The notes beneath the pieces are model-generated. The model was not told the DNA's origin and made no database searches. It saw only the letters and a program-made list of their open reading frames with translations. A stretch of DNA of 64,000 nucleotides from an uncultured bacterium. Lineage in GTDB: Bacteria; Omnitrophota; Gorgyraeia; Duberdicusellales; CBEUCJ01. Position 1 is the stretch's first letter; each line of letters starts with the position of its first letter. Below, piece after piece: positions 27,399 to 38,224 of the stretch. The stretch covers positions 32,186-96,185 of the forward strand of contig CBEUCJ010000003.1 of NCBI GenBank assembly GCA_965541615.1. The letters run 5' to 3'. The translations under genes and the position numbers were made by a program.

Positions 27399-28270
27399 AA
27401 TTTAAAAATTATTTTATCTTTTCTAACATGAACTAACATGTTATCTATCAATCTTGTAGTCCCTATAAAAACAGCTAAAGCTACTAAAACTTTTCCTTCT
27501 ATTTTTTTTATTTTTTTTAAATTGTTAGCATCTGTTATTTCAATGTACTGAATTTTAGCTAAATCAAAATTTTTTTCTATAAAACTTTTCATCTTTCTCT
27601 TTATTTTAAAAACATCTCTTTCTCCTTTTAAAATGAGTTCTTTAGCTAATAAAAGGCTTTTGTACAAACATACTGCTTGTTTTCTCTCTTCTGAAGATAA
27701 ATAAGTATTTCTTGAACTTAAAGCTAAGCCATCTTTATCTCTTACAATGGGTAAAACTTTTATTTTAGTATTCATATTTAAATCTTTTACCATCTTCTTA
27801 ATGATCACTGCTTGCTGGAAATCCTTTTGACCAAAATAACTTATATCAGGCTCTGTTATATTAAAAAGTTTTGTAACAACAGTACATACACCTCTAAAAT
27901 GCCCTGGTCTAAATCTTCCACATAAAACTTTTGATAATTCTTCTACATCTACAAAAACTAATTGTTTTTCAGGGTACATTTCTTTTATTGAAGGCAAAAA
28001 CACCAGATCCACATTCTCTTTTCTACAAAGTCTCAAATCTTTTTTAACAGGTCTTGGGTATTTATCGAAATCTTCTGAAGGACCAAATTGCAAAGGATTT
28101 ACAAAGATACTCACAACTACATAATCACATTCTTTCCTGCATTTTCTTATTAAAGACAAATGACCTTCATGCAAAGCTCCCATAGTGGGAACAAAACCTA
28201 TTAATTTTCCTCTCCTTTTTTCTTCTCTAATTATCTCTTTTACTCTTTTAATATTTTTTACTACTTTCAT
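27395..28270 (-). CDS. panC: Pantoate--beta-alanine ligase
   Basis: PTMGALHEGHLSLIRK HIGH-type motif. 291 aa. Confidence 0.9.
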   Translation of the reverse strand: MKVVKNIKRVKEIIREEKRRGKLIGFVPTMGALHEGHLSLIRKCRKECDYVVVSIFVNPLQFGPSEDFDKYPRPVKKDLRLCRKENVDLVFLPSIKEMYPEKQLVFVDVEELSKVLCGRFRPGHFRGVCTVVTKLFNITEPDISYFGQKDFQQAVIIKKMVKDLNMNTKIKVLPIVRDKDGLALSSRNTYLSSEERKQAVCLYKSLLLAKELILKGERDVFKIKRKMKSFIEKNFDLAKIQYIEITDANNLKKIKKIEGKVLVALAVFIGTTRLIDNMLVHVRKDKIIFKL

Positions 28271-28689
28271 ACTAAAACTTTATGAGGAGCTATTTCTCTT
28301 AATGGCTTTAGAACGAATTCTCTTTTAAAAACTTGAGGGTGAGGAATCTTTAAATCTTGAGTATCTATTTTTAAATCTCCATAAAACAAAATGTCTATAT
28401 CTATGGTTCTAGGTCCCCATCTTATCTCTTTTTCTCTATTCCTTCCCAAAAGTCTTTCTATTTCTTGGAGTTTTTTTAATAACTCATGAGGGGATAAATC
28501 TGTAGAAATTTCTACCACACAGTTTAAGAAATAGTCTTGAGGTTTAAAACCTACAGGTTCTGTCTCATATATACTAGAAATTTTTTTAACTTGTGTTAAA
28601 GGGAGTTTTTTTATCATTTCAATCGCTTTTTCTAAATAAGATAATCTATTTCCTAAATTTGAACCCAATCCCAGATAACACACTTTCAT
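28267..28689 (-). CDS. folK: 2-amino-4-hydroxy-6-hydroxymethyldihydropteridine pyrophosphokinase
   Basis: GLGSNLGNR...ETEPVG...RWGPRTIDIDIL. Confidence 0.85.
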   Translation of the reverse strand: MKVCYLGLGSNLGNRLSYLEKAIEMIKKLPLTQVKKISSIYETEPVGFKPQDYFLNCVVEISTDLSPHELLKKLQEIERLLGRNREKEIRWGPRTIDIDILFYGDLKIDTQDLKIPHPQVFKREFVLKPLREIAPHKVLV

Positions 28690-28690
28690 T

Positions 28691-29851
28691 TTAAAGTTTT
28701 TTTCTCAATCTTTCTATAGCTTCTTCTAATATTTCTTCTTTTTTGGTTAAAGAAAATCTTATATAGCCTTCTCCATACATCCCAAATCCTATCCCAGGGG
28801 TTGCTAAAATGTTACATTCTTCTATTAAAAATTCTGCAAATTTAAAAGAATCCATATTTTTAGGGGTCTTTGCCCATACATAAAAGGTAGCTTTTGGCCA
28901 GAAAAATTCTAAACCTATTTCTTTTAAACCTTTACAAAATAAATCTCTTCTCTTTCTGTAGATTTCTCTTATTCTTTCAATAAATCTGAGTTCATTTTCT
29001 AAAAGATAAGCTCCTCCTATCTGAATAGGATTAAAGACTCCTGAATCTATATGAGACTTTACTTTTAAAAGAGCAGAGATCAAGTCTCTATTCCCACAAG
29101 CCCAACCTAATCTGAAACCTGTCATACAAAAAGTCTTTGAAAAAGAATGAAATTCTATACAAACTTGTTTTGCTCCTTCTATTTGCAAAAGGCTTAAAGG
29201 CTTTTCTTCAAAATAAAGTTCTGAATAAGCACAATCATTCACAATCACAAATCCAAAGGCTTTAGCTACTTCTATAACTTTTTTTAAGAAACTCTCAGAA
29301 GCTAAAGCTGTTGTGGGATTATTTGGATAATTTAAGAATAAAAGTTTTGCTTTTTCTAAAATATCTTTTGGAACTCTATCTAACTGGGGTAAAAATTCAT
29401 TCTCTATAGTTAAAGGTAAGTCTATGTAATCAGCTTCACAAAAGATAACACTGCTCCTATAAGGAGGATAACAAGGATTAGGGATTAAAGTTAGATCTCC
29501 TCTGTTTAAAATACTTAAAGGAAAATGCACTATTCCTTCTTTTGAACCTATTAATACCAAAATCTCAGATTCTGGATCTAAATCTACATTGAACCTCTTT
29601 TTCATATAAATAGCTATCTTTTCTCTTAAAATTCTTAATCCTCTTTCTAAAGAGTAAGTTTGATTCTCTTTTTTTTGAGATTCAGTGCAAATTATTTTTA
29701 TTAAACTATCTGGACATTTGATATCAGGATCACCTACCCCTAAGTCTATGAGATCTTTGCCCTCTTCTAAAATCCTTTTCTTCTTTTTATCTAATTCTAC
29801 AAATAAATATTTAGGTAATTTTTTAAATCTATCTGCAAACTCGAAGTTCAT
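28691..29851 (-). CDS. dapL: Class I/II aminotransferase, likely LL-diaminopimelate aminotransferase
   Basis: N-terminal LPKYLFVEL...IDLGVGDPDIKCP resembles the DapL N-terminus. NNPT. SFSKTFCMTGFRLGW PLP-Lys region. Sits in a dapB/A/F-lysA cluster with no dapD/dapE. Confidence 0.55.
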   Translation of the reverse strand: MNFEFADRFKKLPKYLFVELDKKKKRILEEGKDLIDLGVGDPDIKCPDSLIKIICTESQKKENQTYSLERGLRILREKIAIYMKKRFNVDLDPESEILVLIGSKEGIVHFPLSILNRGDLTLIPNPCYPPYRSSVIFCEADYIDLPLTIENEFLPQLDRVPKDILEKAKLLFLNYPNNPTTALASESFLKKVIEVAKAFGFVIVNDCAYSELYFEEKPLSLLQIEGAKQVCIEFHSFSKTFCMTGFRLGWACGNRDLISALLKVKSHIDSGVFNPIQIGGAYLLENELRFIERIREIYRKRRDLFCKGLKEIGLEFFWPKATFYVWAKTPKNMDSFKFAEFLIEECNILATPGIGFGMYGEGYIRFSLTKKEEILEEAIERLRKKL

Positions 29852-29881
29852 AGGTTTCTTAAGCTCCCTTTTTAGAAGATT

Positions 29882-30619
29882 TTAAAATTCATATAAATCT
29901 TCCATTGAATATAATCCTTTCTCTTTATTAGCTATAAATTTACAAGCTAATATTGCGCCTTTTGCAAAAGTCTTTCTACTGATAGCCCTATGAACGAACT
30001 CTATTCTCTCTTCATTACCACAAAAGATTATATAGTGATCACCTACAACTTCACCTATCCTTAAAGAATGGACTCTTAAAGGTTTTTTATAATTTTCTTC
30101 TAAAATATTTATGAACTTTTTTGCTGTTCCAGAAGGTGCATCTTTTTTAAATCTATGATGAATATCTATTACCTCTACATCATAAACATCTTTCAAAATA
30201 GAAGAAACTCTTCTTAAAAGTTTAAATAAAAAATTCACTCCAAAACTCATATTAGGTGAAAGTAAAATAGCAGTCTCTTTTGAAGCTTCTTTAATTTTTT
30301 CTATTTCAGAATCTGTAAATCCAGTTGTACCTATTACCATCTTTTTTTTGAATTTTTTACAAAACTCTAACTTTTCTAAACAAGCCTTTCTTTCAGAAAA
30401 ATCTATTAAAACATCACAAGTTAAAATCTTTTGTGGATCAGATTCTAAACGTAAACCGATTTCCTTTCCAACCAAAATCTTTCCAACATCTTCTCCTAAA
30501 AGAGGGTGGTCTTTTTTTTCTAAAGCTAAGACCAATTCTAAATCTTTATCTTCTAAAACTAACTGTGAAATTAATCTTCCCATTCTGCCCAAAGCTCCAC
30601 TCACAGCTGTTTTTATCAT
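29882..30619 (-). CDS. dapB: 4-hydroxy-tetrahydrodipicolinate reductase
   Basis: VSGALGRMGR. EVIDIHHRFKKDAPSGTA. Confidence 0.9.
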   Translation of the reverse strand: MIKTAVSGALGRMGRLISQLVLEDKDLELVLALEKKDHPLLGEDVGKILVGKEIGLRLESDPQKILTCDVLIDFSERKACLEKLEFCKKFKKKMVIGTTGFTDSEIEKIKEASKETAILLSPNMSFGVNFLFKLLRRVSSILKDVYDVEVIDIHHRFKKDAPSGTAKKFINILEENYKKPLRVHSLRIGEVVGDHYIIFCGNEERIEFVHRAISRKTFAKGAILACKFIANKEKGLYSMEDLYEF

Positions 30620-30642
30620 AAATTTACCTCCTTTTTAACTTT

Positions 30643-31524
30643 TTAAGAAATCAAATCGTATTTTTTAAGAATCTTTTTAAGCTTTTCCAAATTTTCTTTT
30701 TTCATACTACATAGAGGTAATCTCAATTCAGGACTGATCATACCCATTAATCCTAAGGCTGTTTTTACAGGTATAGGATTTGTTTCTATAAAGAGTGCTT
30801 TTATTAATGGGTATAAATAAAAATGCAGGTCTTGAGCTTTTTTAACATCACCTGCTAAAAAACTTTCAACTAAATCATGAGTGATTTTAGGCAAAATATT
30901 TGCCACTACACTTATTACCCCTTTTCCACCAATAGAAAGAATCGGTAAAGTTAAAGCATCATCACCTGATAAGAGAGTAATTTTTTTATTTGTTAAACTC
31001 AAAATCTTTGTCATTTGGTCTAAATTTCCAGAAGCTTCTTTAATAGCTATTATATTTTTACATTTAGATACTAACTTTGCTACGGTTTCAGGTAAAAGAT
31101 TTATACCTGTCCTTGAAGGTATGTTATAAAGAACAAGAGGGATATCTACAGATTCTGCTATCTTTAAAAAATGCTCATACAAACCTTCTTGAGTAGGTTT
31201 ATTATAATAAGGACAGATTAACAAACAAGCTGTTGCTCCTGCTTTTTTAGCAAACTTTGTCAATCTTAAAGCTTCTTCTGTAGAATTTGAACCCGTCCCT
31301 GCTATCACAGGAATTCTTCCTCTTACTTCTTGTACACAAATATCTATTATTTTTTCATGCTCTTGGTAATTTAAAGTAGCTGACTCTCCTGTAGTTCCAC
31401 AAGGGACTATCGCATCTGTATTATTTTTTAAATGGAATTTAATTAATTTTTTAAAACTTTTAATATCTAACTTCCCATTTTTGAAAGGAGTAACTATTGC
31501 TACCATTGAACCTTTCAATTCCAT
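30643..31524 (-). CDS. dapA: 4-hydroxy-tetrahydrodipicolinate synthase
   Basis: GTTGESATL. Active-site Lys region IAIKEASG. Confidence 0.9.
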   Translation of the reverse strand: MELKGSMVAIVTPFKNGKLDIKSFKKLIKFHLKNNTDAIVPCGTTGESATLNYQEHEKIIDICVQEVRGRIPVIAGTGSNSTEEALRLTKFAKKAGATACLLICPYYNKPTQEGLYEHFLKIAESVDIPLVLYNIPSRTGINLLPETVAKLVSKCKNIIAIKEASGNLDQMTKILSLTNKKITLLSGDDALTLPILSIGGKGVISVVANILPKITHDLVESFLAGDVKKAQDLHFYLYPLIKALFIETNPIPVKTALGLMGMISPELRLPLCSMKKENLEKLKKILKKYDLIS

Positions 31525-31551
31525 AGATTTTTCACCTCCTTTTAAAAATCT

Positions 31552-32376
31552 TTATAAATAAAACTTTCCTTCACATATAAGATTTACTTTTCCTTCTAAC
31601 CATATATCAAAAAAATTCCTTCCTTTATTTTTAAAATATACAGTCTGAGAATCTTTATATTTATTTACCACTTTTATTTGATGAGCTGAATCTTTCTTTA
31701 TAAATTTAAGTACATAAAGTAAACTAACTGCAACATTTCCTGTTCCACAAGAATAAGTCTCATCTTCTACTCCTCTTTCATAAGTTCTTACTAAAATTTT
31801 ATTTTTTCCTAAAACCTGAGCAAAATCTACGTTTGTACCTTCGTTACCAAACATTTTGTTGTACCTTATAACAGGAGCTATATCTAAAATGTTCAGATTT
31901 TGGAGATTCTGAGTAAATATTACTGTATGAGGCACACCTGTATTTATAAAATCTGCATTAAATACTTTTGACTTAATTTTAAATTTTAAATTTAATCTTA
32001 TATCTTGAGGGTCTGGCATTTTTATTCTTATTAAGTCCTCTGAAACTTTCTGAGCAAATATAGGTGAACTCTGAGTCTTGATAACTAACCTTTCTTTTTT
32101 AAGCTGATCTGTAAGCCAGAAAGCAAAGCATCTTGCTCCATTTCCACACATTTTGGGTTCTGTGCCATCAGGATTAAATATTCTCATAAAACCATCAAAA
32201 CCTTTGTATTTCTCCCAAACAAGTAAACCATCAGCTCCTATTCCTTTATTTCGGTGACACATTTTCTTGGCTAAATCTTTTAATTTTTTAGTATCAAAAG
32301 TCTTATCCAAATTTTTTATTAATATAAAATCATTTCCAGAAGCTGACATTTTAATGAACTCTAAAGCTTTTTTCAT
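31552..32376 (-). CDS. dapF: Diaminopimelate epimerase
   Basis: SASGNDFILI. Catalytic Cys MCGNGARC and SCGTGNVA. Confidence 0.85.
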   Translation of the reverse strand: MKKALEFIKMSASGNDFILIKNLDKTFDTKKLKDLAKKMCHRNKGIGADGLLVWEKYKGFDGFMRIFNPDGTEPKMCGNGARCFAFWLTDQLKKERLVIKTQSSPIFAQKVSEDLIRIKMPDPQDIRLNLKFKIKSKVFNADFINTGVPHTVIFTQNLQNLNILDIAPVIRYNKMFGNEGTNVDFAQVLGKNKILVRTYERGVEDETYSCGTGNVAVSLLYVLKFIKKDSAHQIKVVNKYKDSQTVYFKNKGRNFFDIWLEGKVNLICEGKFYL

Positions 32377-33620
32377 ACTATCATCTCCTTTCTTATTAAA
32401 TCTTTATAGGTCTCCCTCTTTCTTATTAAATAAAATCTATCTTTATCTACTAAAACTTCTGCAGGTTTTTTCCTTGAATTATAATTTGAACTCATACTCA
32501 TCCCGTAAGCTCCACAACTAAATACACACAGAAAATCACCTTCTTTTAAAGAAGCAGGCAACTTTATTGACTTTGCCAAAAAATCTGTAGTTTCACAAAT
32601 TGGACCTACAACATCATATTCTTGATACTCGTCTTTTATAGAAATTAATTCTAAAGGAGAAATAAAATGATAAGCTGAATATAAAGCAGGTCTAATTAAT
32701 TCAGTAAATCCTGCATCTACTATACAGAATCTTTTTTTAAAACTCTTTTTTATATACAAAACTTTGGTGATTAGAACACCTGCATTTGCAACTATGAATC
32801 TACCTGGTTCTAAAATTATCTTAAGTTTCATATCTTTTAATAAAGGTTTAATGTATCTTGCAAAATCTTGAGCTAAAGTAGGAGGTTCATTAAAATCATA
32901 TTGAGCAGCAAACCCTCCTCCAATATTAAAATATTTCAAAGGCATATTTATTTTTTTTATCAACTCTTTTGCTTTCTTAATAGCTGAAACGAAATTCTGA
33001 GGCTCAGAAATTTGAGAACCTATATGAATGTGAATGCCTTCTATTTTTATATTTTTATATCTTTCTCTTTGTTTCAAAATCTGTAAAATAGTTTTTTTAT
33101 CCATACCAAATTTGGTCTCAGATTCTCCAGTCCTAATAAACTTATGAGTAGAAACTTTTATATCAGGGTTATATCTTAAACAGACTTTTGCTATTGTATT
33201 TTTCTTTCTGCAAATTTTATCTATTTTCTCCAGTTCTGATAAAGACTCTACATTAAATAAAAGTATCTTATAATCTAAAGCTGATCTTATTTCTTCTTCA
33301 GTCTTTCCTACACCTGCGAATACTATTTTATTTGGAGGTGCTTTTATAGTCTTTAATCTGTATAATTCTCCTCCTGAGACTATGTCAAAACCTGCACCTA
33401 AATTTTTTAATATTTTTAAGATGCTAAGATTTGAATTTGCTTTCACTGAATAACATATTAAAGGATTCAATTCTTTAAAAGCTCTTTTTAGTTTCTGATA
33501 ATGCTCAACTAAAGTTTTTTTACTGTATACATACAAAGGAGTCTTAAATTTTAAAGCTAACTCTTTTAAAGGAATTCTTTCACAAAATAATTGATTGTTT
33601 TTGTATTCAAAATAATGCAT
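32373..33620 (-). CDS. lysA: Diaminopimelate decarboxylase
   Basis: CYSVKANSNLSIL (PLP-Lys). GGG...EPGR. CESGD-like C-terminal motif. Confidence 0.9.
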   Translation of the reverse strand: MHYFEYKNNQLFCERIPLKELALKFKTPLYVYSKKTLVEHYQKLKRAFKELNPLICYSVKANSNLSILKILKNLGAGFDIVSGGELYRLKTIKAPPNKIVFAGVGKTEEEIRSALDYKILLFNVESLSELEKIDKICRKKNTIAKVCLRYNPDIKVSTHKFIRTGESETKFGMDKKTILQILKQRERYKNIKIEGIHIHIGSQISEPQNFVSAIKKAKELIKKINMPLKYFNIGGGFAAQYDFNEPPTLAQDFARYIKPLLKDMKLKIILEPGRFIVANAGVLITKVLYIKKSFKKRFCIVDAGFTELIRPALYSAYHFISPLELISIKDEYQEYDVVGPICETTDFLAKSIKLPASLKEGDFLCVFSCGAYGMSMSSNYNSRKKPAEVLVDKDRFYLIRKRETYKDLIRKEMIV

Positions 33621-34990
33621 TACTTTAGTATCTTTTTAAAATAATTTATTTGATTGGTTACTGACTCAAAAGAAGAACTAGGCTTTGTTTTTTTAAATTT
33701 AAATAACTTTTTGTAATCTAAGACTTCTTTTATATCTTCTTCAAATTTTCTATTGAATCTTTTAAAATCTTTTAAATCTAAATCTGAAATCTTAATTTTA
33801 TTTTCTTCACAATAACTCAAAATCTTTGTAGTTATTTTATAAGAACTCTCATAATCACACCCTTTTCTCATCAAATATTCTGAGAGTTCTGGTGCAAAAA
33901 CAAAATCATTCTCTTTTATAGCTTTTAAAACATTTTTTTCATTTAACTTTATACTTTTAAAGATGCTTTTTAAAAGGACTAATACATCTTCTACAACTTT
34001 TATACTTCTAATCAAATAAGATTTATCTAACTGATAATCTCTGTTGTATCCTGTAATTAGACCTTTAAGTAAATAAGAAAACCCTGTAAAATCTGCAAAT
34101 AAAAAACTTATCTTTGCTCTTATTAATTCTAAAGCATCTGGATTTTTTTTGTGAGGCATAGCAGATGACCCTGTCAAAAATCTTTCATCTAAATCTATAA
34201 ATCTCAAGTTATCCTGAAAATAAAAGATTAAATCCTGACTGATTTTTTGAAGAGTAATTCCTATACACAAATTAGAAAATAAAAATTCTAAAACAAATTT
34301 TCTGTTATCAGTTCCATAGATACTATTAAAAACTGCTTTTTTAAATCCTAATTCTTTTCTTAAAAACTCTGTATCTAAAGGAATTTGTGTTCCACCTATA
34401 CTTTGAGAACCCAAAATTAAAACATCCATCCTATCTAAAAGTTCTTTAAACAAAGATTTATCATCTTCTAAATACCAAATATAATTTAGAAGAAAATGTG
34501 AGAATAGAACGAGCTGAGAGAATTTGGTGTGAGTGAAAGCTAAAAATGGTTTATCTTTGTATTTTTGAGCTTTCTTTAATATTTCTTTCTGTAAAGATGA
34601 AATCTTTTCTATAATTTGAAGTATCTTATCCTTACAAAATAACCTTAATTCTGTTACCACTAAATCATTTCTGGACCTTCCTGCATGCAAAAACTTTGAA
34701 AGAGCTTTTACTTTCTTCTTTAATAAATGGAAAAAGAAAGTATGGATATCTTCATAATGAGGAGAGTAATCTATCTTTTTATTTTTAAATTCTTCATAAA
34801 TCTCATCTATTGCTTTTAAAAGCTTTTTTTCACTAGTTTTGTCTAAAATTTTTGCACGTCTTAAAGCTTTTATGTAAGCAGAATTTACTTTTACTTCATA
34901 AGGAAATAAAAATTCATCTTCAGTTTTTGAGAATTCTAAAAAGAATTTATCCTGCTCAGATTTTATTCTGCTCTTCCAAAAAGTCTTCAT
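33620..34990 (-). CDS. argH: Argininosuccinate lyase
   Basis: GRSRNDLV. GSSAMPHKKNPD fumarate-lyase signature. Confidence 0.9.
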   Translation of the reverse strand: MKTFWKSRIKSEQDKFFLEFSKTEDEFLFPYEVKVNSAYIKALRRAKILDKTSEKKLLKAIDEIYEEFKNKKIDYSPHYEDIHTFFFHLLKKKVKALSKFLHAGRSRNDLVVTELRLFCKDKILQIIEKISSLQKEILKKAQKYKDKPFLAFTHTKFSQLVLFSHFLLNYIWYLEDDKSLFKELLDRMDVLILGSQSIGGTQIPLDTEFLRKELGFKKAVFNSIYGTDNRKFVLEFLFSNLCIGITLQKISQDLIFYFQDNLRFIDLDERFLTGSSAMPHKKNPDALELIRAKISFLFADFTGFSYLLKGLITGYNRDYQLDKSYLIRSIKVVEDVLVLLKSIFKSIKLNEKNVLKAIKENDFVFAPELSEYLMRKGCDYESSYKITTKILSYCEENKIKISDLDLKDFKRFNRKFEEDIKEVLDYKKLFKFKKTKPSSSFESVTNQINYFKKILK

Positions 34991-36159
34991 TTTCTTATAA
35001 AAGGAAGTCTGAAGATTTCAATGAAACCTTCTGCCCACTTTTGATTAAAAACAGATTCTTTTGAATAGGTGGCTAACTCTTTTTTGTAAAGAGAGTGCTT
35101 AGCATATCTTTCTAAGATTTGAATGTTTCCTTTATATAACCTTAACTTTATTTTTCCTGTTAAAAATCTTCTTAAATAATCAAAGAATTTATCCAAAGCT
35201 ATTTTTAAATCTGTAAAAAACAATCCATAGTAAATTAACTCTGAATACTTTGAAGACAAAATATCAAAAAAATGTAAAGTTTCTCTATCTAAAACTAAAC
35301 TGTATAACTCTTCATACACTTTATGCAAAATTACACTTTGAGGAGTTTCATAAATCTCTCTACTTTTAATACCTACCAACCTATTCTCTATCATATCTAT
35401 CCTTCCAACACCTGTCTTTGCACCTGCTTCTCTTAAGATCTCAATCATCTTTTTAAAAGAGACTTTTTTACCATTTAATTTAAAAGGGATACCTTCTTTG
35501 AGTTCGATCTCTAAATCTATAGGTTTATTAATAGCAAATTCTGGAGCTCTTACTAAAAAATAGGAATCTTTTGGAGGAGGATTTTTTAAATCTTCTAAGG
35601 GACCTGCTTCTATACTTAAACCCCAAATATTTTCATCTAAACTGTAAGGATGTGATTTTTTAACTTTTAACTTTAAGCCTTTTTTTAACAAAAATTCAGC
35701 TTGTTCTTCTCTGGATTTAAAATGCCATTCTCTAACTGGAGCTAAAATCTTTATTTTAGGATTTAAGATTTTAGCACTAACTTCTATTCTTACTTGGTCG
35801 TTACCTTTGCCTGTGCAACCATGAGCTACAAAATCTGTCTTTTCAGCTTTTGCGATCTCTACTAAGTATTTAGCTATTAAGGGTCTGGATAAAGACGTAA
35901 ATAAAGGATATTTAGACTCATAAAGAGATTTAGCCCAAAGAGAAGGCAATATAAAATCTTTTAAAAATTCATCTAATAAATCCTTAATATAAATTTTTTC
36001 AGCTCCTAATCTTAAAGCTCTTTTTTTAATCTCATTAAAGTTTTCTTTTTGACCGATCTTTGCTGAAAAACATATCACTCTAAAGCCTTTTTCTCTCAAA
36101 TAAGGAATACAACAACTGGTATCTAAACCTCCTGAATAAGCTAAAATTACCTTCTTCAT
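34987..36159 (-). CDS. argG: Argininosuccinate synthase
   Basis: AYSGGLDTS PP-loop. Confidence 0.9.
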   Translation of the reverse strand: MKKVILAYSGGLDTSCCIPYLREKGFRVICFSAKIGQKENFNEIKKRALRLGAEKIYIKDLLDEFLKDFILPSLWAKSLYESKYPLFTSLSRPLIAKYLVEIAKAEKTDFVAHGCTGKGNDQVRIEVSAKILNPKIKILAPVREWHFKSREEQAEFLLKKGLKLKVKKSHPYSLDENIWGLSIEAGPLEDLKNPPPKDSYFLVRAPEFAINKPIDLEIELKEGIPFKLNGKKVSFKKMIEILREAGAKTGVGRIDMIENRLVGIKSREIYETPQSVILHKVYEELYSLVLDRETLHFFDILSSKYSELIYYGLFFTDLKIALDKFFDYLRRFLTGKIKLRLYKGNIQILERYAKHSLYKKELATYSKESVFNQKWAEGFIEIFRLPFIRK

Positions 36160-37049
36160 TTCTTATAAATCTTTGTTAAAATTGCCATTTGAGCATAAAG
36201 TCTATTTTCAGCTTGCAGAAAAATTAGACTATTTTCTGATTCTAAAATATCATCTGTAACTTCTGCTCCTCTCTTAGCAGGTAAACAATGCATTATAAAA
36301 GGTGTCTTATTACAATATTTTAAAAGTTTTTTATTCAGTTGAAAACCTTTAAAGGCTTTTATTTTGGTTTTGGCTTCCTTTTCCTGCCCCATAGAGACCC
36401 AAACATCTGTGTAGATAATATCTGAATCTTTTATTGCTTTCTTTGGCTCAGTAAATATCTTCAACTTTTTGTGACCAGAATTTTTTATTATCTCCTCTTT
36501 AGGTTTGTATTTTTCAGGAGTAGCTATATTTAAAGGAATATTTAATTTAGCTGTTCCATATATTAAAGAATGACACACATTGTTACCATCTCCTATAAAA
36601 GCTATTTTTACTTTTTTAAAACTTTTAAAGATCTCCTTTATAGTAATTAAATCTCCTAAAATTTGGCAAGGGTGTAATAAATCTGTAAGAGCATTTATTA
36701 CAGGGATTTCTGAGTACTTTTTAAATTCTAATAGATCTGAATGAGAAAATAATCTTAAAATAACTCCATCTAAATATTTAGAAAGAGTTCTGGCTATATC
36801 TTTTATAGGCTCTCTTTTGCCTAACCCTATATCCTGATTAGAAAGATATACAGCTTTTCCTCCTAATTTTGAGATTCCCACTTCAAAACTTACTCTTGTT
36901 CTTAAAGAAGGTTTTTGAAAAATTAAACCTAAAATTTTTTCTTTTAAAATTTGAGGATAATGTTTTCTTTTCTTTAAAGCTAAACCCAATTCAATTAGTT
37001 CTAAAAGTTCTGAAGATTTAAGATTTTTAAGAGTAATAAAATCTTTCAT
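36156..37049 (-). CDS. argF: Ornithine carbamoyltransferase
   Basis: KPSLRTRVSFE. HCLPA. DVWVSMGQE (the OTCase-specific motif). Confidence 0.85.
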   Translation of the reverse strand: MKDFITLKNLKSSELLELIELGLALKKRKHYPQILKEKILGLIFQKPSLRTRVSFEVGISKLGGKAVYLSNQDIGLGKREPIKDIARTLSKYLDGVILRLFSHSDLLEFKKYSEIPVINALTDLLHPCQILGDLITIKEIFKSFKKVKIAFIGDGNNVCHSLIYGTAKLNIPLNIATPEKYKPKEEIIKNSGHKKLKIFTEPKKAIKDSDIIYTDVWVSMGQEKEAKTKIKAFKGFQLNKKLLKYCNKTPFIMHCLPAKRGAEVTDDILESENSLIFLQAENRLYAQMAILTKIYKK

Positions 37050-38224
37050 TTGAATTCTTTTTTAAAACAGAATTCTAAAATATCTAATCCTTTATGTAAA
37101 AGTTCTTCAGGTGTATTTAAAGCAGGTAATAACCTTAAGATTTTTTGATGAGTGCAATTTATCAACAATTTATTCTTAAAAGCTCTCTCTGCTATCTTTT
37201 GAGCTGATGTCTTTAATTCTATCCCTATCATAAACCCTTTTCCTCTTACTTCTTTTATCACCTTAAATTTATTTTTTAATTTATAAAGCCTTTCAAATAT
37301 TTTTTTACTTAAAAATCTTACTCTTTTTATCAAATCCTCTTCTTCTATAATTTTAAAGACTTCTAAAGCTACTCTACAAGCTAAAGGATTTCCTCCAAAA
37401 GTAGAAGCATGCATTCCAGGTTTAAAGACATCAGCTTTATCTATATGAGCTACAAAAGCTCCTATAGGAAAACCTGCTCCTAAACCTTTTGACAAACACA
37501 TACCATCAGGAATAATTCCATAGTCTTTAAACAAAAACCACTTCCCGCACCTTCCCATACCAGTCTGTACTTCATCTACAATAAAAAGAATATTTTTTTC
37601 TTTACAGATTTGATAAACTTTTTTAATAAAATCTATATCTGCTACATTTATGCCACCTTCTCCTTGAATCAACTCTAAAAATACAGCACAGGTTTTTGGA
37701 CTCAGTTTTTTTTCAAAATCTTTGATATCATTGAATTTACAGAATTTGGCTCCTTTCAATAAAGGTTTAAAAGGCATTTGATATTTTTTTTGAGCAGTTA
37801 AACTCAAAGCACCCATAGTTCTTCCATGAAAAGAATTTTTCATCGATATTATCTCATATTTATTCCAAGATTTGCCCCAAGCTCTACAAAATTTAATAGC
37901 AGTCTCTACAGATTCTGCTCCTGAATTACAAAAAAACACTTTACCTTTAAAAGCTCTCTTTACAATCTCTTTGGCTAACTCTCCTTGAAATTCATTATAA
38001 AAATTGTTAGGTAGATGTATTAATTTTTTTGCTTGCTGTGAGATTACTTTTGAAATTCTGGGATGAACATGTCCTAAGATCGATGTTCCCCAACCAGGAA
38101 ATAAATCTATATATCTTTCTCCTTCTGTTGAATATAAATAAACACCTTTTCCTTTTACAAATACAACTTTAGCTCTTTGATAGGTATTTAAGACGTATTT
38201 TTGGGTAACTTCAATTAAATTCAT
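37046..38224 (-). CDS. argD: Acetylornithine aminotransferase (class III)
   Basis: DEVQTGMGRCG. PLP-Lys region. Confidence 0.85.
   Translation of the reverse strand: MNLIEVTQKYVLNTYQRAKVVFVKGKGVYLYSTEGERYIDLFPGWGTSILGHVHPRISKVISQQAKKLIHLPNNFYNEFQGELAKEIVKRAFKGKVFFCNSGAESVETAIKFCRAWGKSWNKYEIISMKNSFHGRTMGALSLTAQKKYQMPFKPLLKGAKFCKFNDIKDFEKKLSPKTCAVFLELIQGEGGINVADIDFIKKVYQICKEKNILFIVDEVQTGMGRCGKWFLFKDYGIIPDGMCLSKGLGAGFPIGAFVAHIDKADVFKPGMHASTFGGNPLACRVALEVFKIIEEEDLIKRVRFLSKKIFERLYKLKNKFKVIKEVRGKGFMIGIELKTSAQKIAERAFKNKLLINCTHQKILRLLPALNTPEELLHKGLDILEFCFKKEFK

Noticed and set aside
30348-30638. Plus-strand ORFs (96 aa and 62 aa) antisense to dapB
   Set aside because: Embedded in the conserved dapB gene; spurious.
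36156-37049. Alternative call as aspartate carbamoyltransferase (pyrB)
   Set aside because: DVWVSMGQE is the OTCase-type motif and the gene sits inside the arg operon; argF preferred.
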